From positions 1 to 55,350 of the forward strand of contig CALBFP010000230.1 of the NCBI GenBank assembly GCA_937894115.1: a stretch of DNA of 55,350 nt. Direction: 5' to 3'. The notes beneath the pieces are model-generated. The model was given only the letters and a program-made list of their open reading frames with translations. It made no database searches and had not been told where the DNA came from. Of this stretch, positions 34,005 to 43,156 are shown piece after piece. Source of the DNA: an uncultured euryarchaeote. Lineage in GTDB: Archaea; Thermoplasmatota; Poseidoniia; Poseidoniales; Poseidoniaceae. Made by a program: the position numbers and the translations under genes. How positions within the stretch are numbered: position 1 is the first letter of the stretch; each line of letters opens with the position of its first letter.

Positions 34005-37000
34005 ATGAAAAACAGCACCACAAATCGAAATGTCTTCACCGCAGTGACGCTAATTTTGATGTTCCTATTAGCCGATGTCTTCGTACCATCAGCATTCCCT
34101 GCCCCTGAACATCTTGAGGAAGAACCATCGGTTCAACATGTCATATCCACAACCAATCCCAGTTTGGACACCTACATCGATTCTGATTATCCGAACGACG
34201 ATTACGCCGGTGAAGATACAGGGCTGCTCGGCGTATCGGGTACGAGTGAGGGGCGTATCCTTCTTTCCTTCCCGCTCAACTTTGCACACACAGACACGAT
34301 TCATTCTGCGCGTCTTGACCTCGTATGCACAAACAGCGGGCCAACTAACGGATTGGCGGTATACCCTGCATCGACCTCTCTCTCATGGGACGAAAACGCA
34401 ACATGGAACTCACGCGACGGTACCATGCTGTGGGGTGAGCCGGGTGTTGGGGAAAGCACCGATCGCTCAGATTGGGAGCCCCCCATTGTAACCGCACCTC
34501 TAGGGCCTACTGGAGGATCCTCCAGTGTTCAACTGAACGTAACGGCTCTCACTCAAGTTGCGGTTGCTTCAAACGCCACCGCATTGGGGTTGGTGGTTGC
34601 CGCACAGGATTCTCAATACGATTGTGCGATGAACGAAACGTTGAATGTTGCCGATAAACCATCACTTCGTATTGATTCTTCATCAACGGTATCTGGAAGC
34701 GGAGGACTCATCACACCGAATTTTGTTGCAGATGCCGCCCCACTCATGACCGGCGATTTCCTTCTTACAGCAGACCTCACGCCAAGCATGACATGGTCTG
34801 GTTTCTCCGGTACCTTCGCCGAAGTACAACTCTCGTTGAGTGAAGAATTTAAGGACGCACAAGACAATTACGCTTGGCTTTACAATTCCGATGTTCACTC
34901 GTCAATTTTTACCTTGTCAGGTGCAACCGGTTCATTGGATATACCATCATCGGATGCCTTTGAGAACGGAACCTACATGCATTATCGAATGCGTTCGATG
35001 GACTCAACAGGCACGCTCGGATCGTGGGAAACGGGTTCGTTCTTCCTCCCCTCCCACGACGTTGTCGATAACGGAGATGGAACCGCATCAATCGCCATTG
35101 ATGTGGATGATCTTTCATCCGAACTCCCCTTCATCGAAGATGCATATGCTGACGAGACCAGCAAGAATACAAATTACGGTTCTTCCACAACATTGGAGGC
35201 CGAACTGTCCTCAAACAAGGAGAAGATTCCCCACTTCCGATTGGTGTTCGATGCGATAGGTATGCATTCCAACGCAACAATCCTTGATGCTTCATTGAAC
35301 CTCACCCGCTCCACTTCAAGCGGTTCAGCAACATTGGCGTTGCATGAAATGGACAACGATGGATCGTGGTATGAGGATGAACTCACGTGGCTGCGGAAGA
35401 AAACCAATCAATGGTGGCGAGACGGAGGCCGAGGATTGCTGAGTTATTCGACCGATTCTGGCGTAATGGGTTCCCAGGTCAGTGATGACTTTTCGTTTGA
35501 TTTAACCTCAGTACTGCAGCAACATCTCGACCAAGGAAACACCGGTTTCATAGATCTCGCAATGACAACACGTTCACAAAACGGTGCATATTCTGCGAAT
35601 GCTGGCGTTGATTCCGTAACCTTCCATTCGTCGGATGCAAACAACCAAGCGGATAAACCGTACCTCTACATCCAATACGATTGGTCCACACCGGTGACAA
35701 CAGCACCGGATTTGACCTCGCCATGGGACGGTGAAACCCTCTGGAATCAAACGGGTCACAACTTCACTGGCAACACGACTCCTGCACTGAAGTGGTCGTC
35801 ATCAACATCATCGTCGTACGATATGATTTTTGAACTTTCAACCGATTCACTGTTCCATGACCGAGTGGTCCGATTTGACACTCGTGTGGACAACGACTTT
35901 GCTCCGGTTGACGGTCAACTCGTTTTTGATGGCACTGAAAGCCTCGAAGCAGGTCACATGTACAACTGGCGAATGTTGCACGTTGATTCCAACGACCGTC
36001 ACGGGGAATGGTCCTATTCCTCGTTCCTCATCAGTTCGATAAACTCAACATGGCTTGGCGGAGACCGTTACGAATTCCGTCTCAAGCAAGGGAATGCGAG
36101 TTCAGATGGGCTCCATCCTGCATGTGCTGATACGTACATCGACTCTGGAATGCCCAGTTCAAATTACGGTTCAGAAACGGAGCTCCAAGTTTCCTACAAT
36201 ACGATTCCTTCTGAGACGACTGTGTTGTTTGGATGCGACCTATCAACCACATTCCTCCCATCGGGTTATGCTGTAGAATCTGCAAACCTCGAGTTATATC
36301 TTAGTGATTTCCCGTTCGGTACACCGGTTGTCGGAGCATGGGAAAACACACAACACGGTTGGACTGAAGACGGTGCAACATGGGCGACTTACGATGGAAC
36401 CAACACATGGAACAGCGTTGGAGCCAAGGGAAGCGAACGCTCTTCCCTCCTTGATTCGGTGAGCATTGGGACAGGGTACACCTCAACCTCATCAGCGAAC
36501 TGGAACGTAACGCTTGCTGTGCAAAATGCGATGCGTAACAACCACTCTGCAGATTTCATTCTTGGAATTGTTGGTGCAGGCAGTGGTCAAATTCGTGACG
36601 TTTTGTTCCATCCTGGTTCCGCTGCGGACGCCAAGCGACCGGAACTTTCCTTTGTCTACGTCCCAGGTTCTAATGCAATTCCAGTCGAGCCTGTTCCAGT
36701 TCTTCCTCTCAATGGAACATGGAGCGTTGCCTCAGGCATCAACCCCGAACCGGTTCTCCGTCCAAACATGAGTTGGACTCATACGTCTGGTGTCGGAGTA
36801 AGTGGCTATGCAGTGCAAATGGATACGGTCGACACATTCGACAGCAACGACATGAGCATAGAGACCTCATGGTCCAATTCCGGATTTGATCTTGCAAACA
36901 ATGCATTTACGCCGACGAGCGACTTGGACGCTGGTAAGACGTGGTATTGGCGTGTTCGTGCAGTCTCAACGACCAATCAACTAGGAAATTGGTCCGAAAC

Positions 37001-40000
37001 CTTCCATTTCAATCTCCCGTCTTTGGTCACTTGGAATCTTTCTTCAACAAGTGCAGCAATTGAGGTTCGACATCATGAGGCGATGCCCGATCTCCAACTA
37101 CCGCACTTCATTGATACATGGGTTGCGCAGAGCGGGGTTGAAGGACAACAAAACCATTCCAGCTCAACCGACCTCAAGGTCGGAGAATTGGGCAGCGGTT
37201 ATCATGCCAGCGCTCTTTTGAAAATACCCTTGAATCAACTTCCAACGCCGAGCAACGCAAGAGTTACGAACGCTGAATTGTCGATGTGGGCTCAATCCGG
37301 TTCGGATACCAATGCACAAGTTGCGGTTCGCCCCGTGTTGCAACAATGGACCACGGCTGTCAACAATTCAAGCTATGATGGTCTCAACAACTGGAACGCC
37401 GACGGTGGTCGAGGTATTGGATCTGATGTGGGTTCATTGAGCGATTTGAGCGCATCCGTTTCCGCTGATTGGATGGACTGGGATGTCACTGAATTGGTTC
37501 AAGCAGCTCTCGCCAACGGTGACTCCTATCTTTCGATTGCGCTGATGACCAGCGACGCTTCCAACGCTCTTGTTACGTTCACCAGCACAGACGGACTTGC
37601 CACCCAACGACCTTGGTTGAACCTTACATGGACTGAAGGCTCATCTCCAATCCCTACAGTTGCAGCAAGCAATGTACTACCTGCAGATGGCACCATCGCA
37701 TGGGATTTGAGCGGACACGTTCCAGAACCTTTGACCCGCCCTGTCATGACTTGGAGCCATTCAAACGCCGCCAACATTGACGATTGGAAGGTTTTCATTC
37801 AAAACGACGACTCGGATATCATGCAAGGCTTTACTGTCTACGATTCAAGGGCAGATCCTGCCTTGTTCGATTTGCAAAACCTTTCGTTCCAGCCATCGAG
37901 CGACCTTTCGACCAACCAAAGCATTCGTTGGTTCGTTCAGGCCGTGAACAACAGCATGCTCGGCCCTCGCTCGACGAGTTCTCTCTTCCACATTCCGCAC
38001 GACATTGGAAACGAAATCAACAACACATTGGGTTACATCAACGTCTCAGAAGGAGGCTTCCTTCCGGACTACAACGAACCGTCCGGTTTCATAACGGATA
38101 CGACAATCGATTCAAGCGCACCAACTTCCAACCTTTTCAATTCCGACACGCTTAGTGTTGGACGCTCAGCTATCAGCGGCGGTCAATCCCAACGCTCGTC
38201 GTTCATTGTATCCGTCGATTTGACCAAACTCCCAATCAACGGAAGTTATGAGATTATGAATGCCTTCTTTACACTGCACACAAAATCCACAAGTTATGGA
38301 GAGGTCTATTGGAGTGCATCTGCACTCAATACCGCTTTTGATGGTGACGCCAACTGGAACAATGCCACCAATTCAACTCAGTGGAACGCACCTGGTGCCT
38401 ACCACTCAACGGATACGGACATACCCATGCTGGGTAAAAGTCTCATTGATTCCAGCAGTACCGCACAAATCGGGGATATTACGTGGATGCTTCAACAAGC
38501 CCTTGCTGGTGGTTCAACCAGTTTGGATTTCCTCATTCAGGCTGAAGAAAACGACAGCAGTGTCGATGGCCGAGTTGATATGTATTCAAGCAACGAAGCC
38601 AGTGCAGACCTGCGTCCATCCCTCAACATTACCTTCCGAATGACGAACCCGTACGTCGACCCAAGTCCAACAGGTTTGCTACCGGTTGACGGAGCAACGC
38701 TGTGGAATACATCAGCGCCAAGACCAACAGGTACCGACGATCTCAACACCTCTTGGACCCCTCCATCTTCTAACTTTACTGGATACGTCCTATGCGGAGC
38801 ATCGGACGCACGGATGGTCTACGATTTGAGTTGTGTCAACACTGCGGATTCAGCTGGTTTGATCGATGCAGAAGTAACCTGGGATCCAACAACCACAACA
38901 CTGAACTTTGGCGACATCGGTTCCGGCGATCATTGGAATTTCTGGAGGGTTCTTTCATTCCAAGACATAAATGCAGGACAATATGCTAGAATTGGAGAAT
39001 GGTCGCAAGTCAACAAATTCCGGATACCCGATGCGCAAGGTTCGGACGACGGGGCAGGAAACCACACCGTGAATCTCTCGAGTGGTTCCATCTTTGCGGA
39101 AACTGGGTTGTTGCCGGGTGCTCCAGATACATACACCGTATCTTCTGCATTAAACACCAACTATGGTGGTAGTTCGACGCTCAAATTGGGTGTAAGTTCC
39201 TCGGGTGATAATGAAATCTACATTGAATTCGACCTGTCCCAGATGCCATGGCCATCTGCCATGACGCCGACATCGACGATGCTTCAACTGTATCGAACAC
39301 AGGTTGCTGGTGTCACACCGCTAACAGTGAGCGCACATGCGTGTTCAACGTTCAACGAGGCAAGTGTAACAGCGCTGCAACCTCCGACCTGCAGTACAGC
39401 AGAAATCACGCGTTCCACACTTGCGGTTACACCTCCATCTGGTTGGCTTGAGTGGGACATAACTTCTCTTGCTCAATCCAACATCGCAAGTGGAAACCTG
39501 ACCATGACCATCAAACTCACTGTTGTTGGTACGGGAGCAAGTCTCCACACCTTTGCATCCGGTGAACACCCGACAGATTCCTGGCGACCGACGTTGCGAA
39601 TGGATTACGTTGACAATGTCGCAGGCATCGTTCCTCCTGCCCAACCCGCCCTCCTTTCACCTTTGGATGGAGCAATTTTGTACAACACGACAACAACTTT
39701 GCTTGAATCACTTGACAAGCCAGTGCTCAATTGGAATACCGTATCTGGAGCGACCGGTTACATTGTAACGATTCGAAACGCATCGGGACAATATACCTTC
39801 AAATCGGCAACCTCAAACCAAATTTCAGGCACGAGTTTCACCTTTGCGAATGCTGTTGCTCCGGGATCAACATTTGAATGGTGGGTACAAGCAGTCAACG
39901 GTTCCATACCCGGCCCTTCCTCTTCCCGTTGGGTTGTTGGAATGGGTGACCCTCAAACCACCGATAACTTCGATCACACGTGGACGTACAAATTCCAGAC

Positions 40001-43000
40001 GGGCAACGAAATCGATGAATTGGCGCACACGAATGTGCAAGATACCTCCATTTACAGCGGATTGACCGAGACCAATCTCGATGGCGGTGCCAACACCGTT
40101 GGCCTCGACCCCAGTCAGGATGAGTACCGATTGTTGGTCAATGTTGACTTTGGTCAAATTCCATTCAATCCGAGCATGAACGTTCATTCCGTTTCTTACG
40201 GCATGTATCTCCAAGATTTGGAGTACGGATCGGGTGCAACGGGAATGACCTTCACAGTCCATCGCATGCTATCCACAGGTTGGTCTGAAACGACTGCGAC
40301 CTGGAACGGCACCGGCAGTACGACCTGGAATGCGCCGGGTCTGCAAGCAGGTGTTGATTACAACTCGACGCCACTGGATACTGTGTTCATCAGCAATTCA
40401 CAGGTTACAGATTCATGGATTTACTTCAATTTAGGACATCGAATGCTGTACATTGACGGTGTCCACAGTTGGGTGATTATCGGAACACCAACACAAGGTT
40501 GGATGCAAGCCGAATTTGCCGATAACAGCGAATCAAATGCTGCAGTTCGTCCTTTGCTAATGATGAATTACACCGATATTGATTCCATTACGATTTCACC
40601 TACGGCGACTTCTGTCAATGCCGATTCGACGGTTCAGTTTAGTGCTTCGACCGCTGATTACAACGGATTGGTAGCCAGTGTCCCCATCGTTTGGAGTGTG
40701 AGCAGTGGCACAATCGATTCGACCGGATTGTATTCGCCGACACTTGTTGGAACGCACACCATCACTGCGTGTTATGGTGTGATTTGCGAGGACGAGTTGG
40801 TAACCGTAACACCTGGAGCACCTATCGACCTAAGCGTTTCACCACTTACAGCAACAATAACTTCCGATGAAACGTTGCAAATAACTGCAAACGTTGTTGA
40901 CCAGCATGGAAACAGCGTACCCGGTCAAAGCATCACGTTCACACCAAGCAATGGAACGATGGGTGGAACCTTCGGCGACGTTTTCCAGCCATACGCCGTT
41001 GGTGGACAAACCGTGACGGTCACATGGGGTTCGAAGTCGGTCGTCGTCAACGTACTTGTCGAATTGGGTGCTCCAACAAGCATTGAATTGACGGGTTGTG
41101 ATGGAGTAGTTCCAGCTGGAACCGAATGTGAAATCACAACGACACTGTACGACCAATTTGGAAACGTTATCCCACTCAGTGAAGCAGGGGCACTGTCGTA
41201 CTCCGTCAACGATGGATTGTACAGTGAGGCAACAAACATGTACTTTGCAAACACCGTTGGAACCTGGCAATTGTCGCTAACTTCGGCAATCGGCTTGGTT
41301 GATTCAATTGCAATTCAAACGGGGCATGGTCAAATGGCAGCGCTTGAGATTACACCATCCGCATGGGACATCACTGCAGACGATGTTGTCTTCCTCAACA
41401 CAACACGGATCGACGTACAAGGTAACCGTTTGCCGGTGACCCTTCCGCTTGAAAATTGGACATCCATTTCTGATGGTGCGTTAAACATCACCCTCGATCA
41501 TCCTGTTCAATGGATACCAAACGGTTTGGGTGGCCGTGCAATAACCGCACAGTACGAGACTATCTTCCAATCCATAACGATCAACGTCACAAAAGGTGTC
41601 ATGGTCGATATGGTGCTCATTGTTGATTCCGCAGATGCCGACGGCATGACGTATTCCATCACAGCAGATGAAACCCTTGTGGTGAAAGCAAAGGCCAGTG
41701 ATGGAAAAGGAAATCGATGGACCATCGATGTCAACTGGACGATTGCGCATCCCGATTGGCAGGACCAATCGGTCTTGTTGTACATGCTTTCGGATGAGAC
41801 CGAGTTCATGCCGGTTTTGGCATCGACAACCGCTTACGTCATGCGAGCGGAATACACTTTCGATGGACAATTGTTCAGTGAAGTGGTCAATGTAGAGGTC
41901 TCTGAGGGAATCATTCAGGTCTTTACGATGAACACAATAGCATCCAATGGCGATACTGGGTCTGTTTACAACATCAGCGCTGACCACTCAATTGACTTCT
42001 CGGTCGCCTTAAGTGATGGTGATTTGAACCCGCTTGATTCCAGTGCCCTTACATGGTTGTTTGAGGATCTTGATACAGGCGATGTTACCGACGTGACGAC
42101 TGAATTTGTCTCCGATGGCTATCAATGGGAGGCAACCACAGTTGGCAATTACCGGATGCTTGCGTTTGTTCTGAACGCAGAAGGCTTCAACTACACGCGT
42201 TCGGTTGACATTTCAGTGTACCACGGTGTCGCCGTTTCCCTTGAGCATGAACTCGAAACCTTCGATGAGGATGCCGGTGAAAAAATCGACATCACCATTA
42301 CAGGCACCGATAGCGACGGAAACACATTCCCACAAGACGTCGAGTGGATTGAGGACGGTTCAACATCCGATCGCGTTATTCCTAAATCGGTCAAGGGTGC
42401 CTACACATACCAAGCATCTGCTGCCGGTACACACGCAATGGAATACTCAACGAATGCTGTCTCAAACGGCTTTGAGTTGAAAATTTCACCCCAAATGATC
42501 GTTGATTTTATCGAGGTGAATCTGTCAGCAGAAACCGTTGACCAACAAGCTTCGATCGATGTAACAGTACGAGCATTCGATCGCTACGCCAATGAGATTC
42601 CCGTTCCGAGCAGTGCACGTGTAGATTCTACTGGACGTGGTACTGTCAAGAGCACGGGCCAAGGTACGTGGAAAGTGACGACTCTGGAAAGCGGTCCACA
42701 AACCATTACAGTATCAGCGGGTCAAGTAAGTGAAGATTATCAAATCGAGGTAACGGGAACGATTGGTGGTTTCTTTGCTGCTGGTGGTGCCTTGTATTAC
42801 ATTGGAGCAGTACTTCTTGGTCTGATAGTTGCTGTCCTCTTGGTACTGTTGTTCATGGCCTTCCGATCTGGCGATGATGATGACTGGGATGATGATTATG
42901 AGGACGAAGATGATGACGATGAGTCACCATCTGCACGCGGTCCGTCTGGACCAGCACCGGGTCCATCGGGCCCAGCGCCCGGTTCAGGACCTTCAGGTCC

Positions 43001-43148
43001 TCCACCTCAAGAAGAGGAGAAGGAAGACACCGGTTGGATGGTTGAGCATCGTGTTGATGATGACGGAACCGAATGGGCACAAAGCGAAGATGAGACGTGG
43101 TATTACCGTGAACCCGGTCAAAGCGATTGGAATGAATGGCAGGATTAG
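34005..43148 (+). CDS. Giant (3047 aa) surface protein with seven DNRLRE-like modules, Fn3-like spacers, Ig-like stalk and C-terminal TM
   Basis: Signal peptide. Recurrent D(T/A)xI/V...NY...A.L.L...W.E...TW...[KR]P.L modules about every 330 aa. Ig repeats with DxxGN. TM ALYYIGAVLLGLIVAVLLVLLFMAF, then acidic and Pro/Gly tail. Confidence 0.9.
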   Translation: MKNSTTNRNVFTAVTLILMFLLADVFVPSAFPAPEHLEEEPSVQHVISTTNPSLDTYIDSDYPNDDYAGEDTGLLGVSGTSEGRILLSFPLNFAHTDTIHSARLDLVCTNSGPTNGLAVYPASTSLSWDENATWNSRDGTMLWGEPGVGESTDRSDWEPPIVTAPLGPTGGSSSVQLNVTALTQVAVASNATALGLVVAAQDSQYDCAMNETLNVADKPSLRIDSSSTVSGSGGLITPNFVADAAPLMTGDFLLTADLTPSMTWSGFSGTFAEVQLSLSEEFKDAQDNYAWLYNSDVHSSIFTLSGATGSLDIPSSDAFENGTYMHYRMRSMDSTGTLGSWETGSFFLPSHDVVDNGDGTASIAIDVDDLSSELPFIEDAYADETSKNTNYGSSTTLEAELSSNKEKIPHFRLVFDAIGMHSNATILDASLNLTRSTSSGSATLALHEMDNDGSWYEDELTWLRKKTNQWWRDGGRGLLSYSTDSGVMGSQVSDDFSFDLTSVLQQHLDQGNTGFIDLAMTTRSQNGAYSANAGVDSVTFHSSDANNQADKPYLYIQYDWSTPVTTAPDLTSPWDGETLWNQTGHNFTGNTTPALKWSSSTSSSYDMIFELSTDSLFHDRVVRFDTRVDNDFAPVDGQLVFDGTESLEAGHMYNWRMLHVDSNDRHGEWSYSSFLISSINSTWLGGDRYEFRLKQGNASSDGLHPACADTYIDSGMPSSNYGSETELQVSYNTIPSETTVLFGCDLSTTFLPSGYAVESANLELYLSDFPFGTPVVGAWENTQHGWTEDGATWATYDGTNTWNSVGAKGSERSSLLDSVSIGTGYTSTSSANWNVTLAVQNAMRNNHSADFILGIVGAGSGQIRDVLFHPGSAADAKRPELSFVYVPGSNAIPVEPVPVLPLNGTWSVASGINPEPVLRPNMSWTHTSGVGVSGYAVQMDTVDTFDSNDMSIETSWSNSGFDLANNAFTPTSDLDAGKTWYWRVRAVSTTNQLGNWSETFHFNLPSLVTWNLSSTSAAIEVRHHEAMPDLQLPHFIDTWVAQSGVEGQQNHSSSTDLKVGELGSGYHASALLKIPLNQLPTPSNARVTNAELSMWAQSGSDTNAQVAVRPVLQQWTTAVNNSSYDGLNNWNADGGRGIGSDVGSLSDLSASVSADWMDWDVTELVQAALANGDSYLSIALMTSDASNALVTFTSTDGLATQRPWLNLTWTEGSSPIPTVAASNVLPADGTIAWDLSGHVPEPLTRPVMTWSHSNAANIDDWKVFIQNDDSDIMQGFTVYDSRADPALFDLQNLSFQPSSDLSTNQSIRWFVQAVNNSMLGPRSTSSLFHIPHDIGNEINNTLGYINVSEGGFLPDYNEPSGFITDTTIDSSAPTSNLFNSDTLSVGRSAISGGQSQRSSFIVSVDLTKLPINGSYEIMNAFFTLHTKSTSYGEVYWSASALNTAFDGDANWNNATNSTQWNAPGAYHSTDTDIPMLGKSLIDSSSTAQIGDITWMLQQALAGGSTSLDFLIQAEENDSSVDGRVDMYSSNEASADLRPSLNITFRMTNPYVDPSPTGLLPVDGATLWNTSAPRPTGTDDLNTSWTPPSSNFTGYVLCGASDARMVYDLSCVNTADSAGLIDAEVTWDPTTTTLNFGDIGSGDHWNFWRVLSFQDINAGQYARIGEWSQVNKFRIPDAQGSDDGAGNHTVNLSSGSIFAETGLLPGAPDTYTVSSALNTNYGGSSTLKLGVSSSGDNEIYIEFDLSQMPWPSAMTPTSTMLQLYRTQVAGVTPLTVSAHACSTFNEASVTALQPPTCSTAEITRSTLAVTPPSGWLEWDITSLAQSNIASGNLTMTIKLTVVGTGASLHTFASGEHPTDSWRPTLRMDYVDNVAGIVPPAQPALLSPLDGAILYNTTTTLLESLDKPVLNWNTVSGATGYIVTIRNASGQYTFKSATSNQISGTSFTFANAVAPGSTFEWWVQAVNGSIPGPSSSRWVVGMGDPQTTDNFDHTWTYKFQTGNEIDELAHTNVQDTSIYSGLTETNLDGGANTVGLDPSQDEYRLLVNVDFGQIPFNPSMNVHSVSYGMYLQDLEYGSGATGMTFTVHRMLSTGWSETTATWNGTGSTTWNAPGLQAGVDYNSTPLDTVFISNSQVTDSWIYFNLGHRMLYIDGVHSWVIIGTPTQGWMQAEFADNSESNAAVRPLLMMNYTDIDSITISPTATSVNADSTVQFSASTADYNGLVASVPIVWSVSSGTIDSTGLYSPTLVGTHTITACYGVICEDELVTVTPGAPIDLSVSPLTATITSDETLQITANVVDQHGNSVPGQSITFTPSNGTMGGTFGDVFQPYAVGGQTVTVTWGSKSVVVNVLVELGAPTSIELTGCDGVVPAGTECEITTTLYDQFGNVIPLSEAGALSYSVNDGLYSEATNMYFANTVGTWQLSLTSAIGLVDSIAIQTGHGQMAALEITPSAWDITADDVVFLNTTRIDVQGNRLPVTLPLENWTSISDGALNITLDHPVQWIPNGLGGRAITAQYETIFQSITINVTKGVMVDMVLIVDSADADGMTYSITADETLVVKAKASDGKGNRWTIDVNWTIAHPDWQDQSVLLYMLSDETEFMPVLASTTAYVMRAEYTFDGQLFSEVVNVEVSEGIIQVFTMNTIASNGDTGSVYNISADHSIDFSVALSDGDLNPLDSSALTWLFEDLDTGDVTDVTTEFVSDGYQWEATTVGNYRMLAFVLNAEGFNYTRSVDISVYHGVAVSLEHELETFDEDAGEKIDITITGTDSDGNTFPQDVEWIEDGSTSDRVIPKSVKGAYTYQASAAGTHAMEYSTNAVSNGFELKISPQMIVDFIEVNLSAETVDQQASIDVTVRAFDRYANEIPVPSSARVDSTGRGTVKSTGQGTWKVTTLESGPQTITVSAGQVSEDYQIEVTGTIGGFFAAGGALYYIGAVLLGLIVAVLLVLLFMAFRSGDDDDWDDDYEDEDDDDESPSARGPSGPAPGPSGPAPGSGPSGPPPQEEEKEDTGWMVEHRVDDDGTEWAQSEDETWYYREPGQSDWNEWQD
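42939..43007 (+). repeat. Pro/Gly low-complexity repeat (GPSGPAP x2, GSGPSGPPP) in the cytoplasmic tail
   Basis: Peptide-level tandem repeat with degenerate codons. Confidence 0.7.
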
Positions 43149-43156
43149 GTGGAACC

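Noticed and set aside
42939-43007. Collagen-like triple helix in the tail of the 3047-aa protein
   Set aside because: The G-X-Y register breaks after two triplets (GPSGPAP heptad), so it is better explained as a flexible Pro-rich linker.
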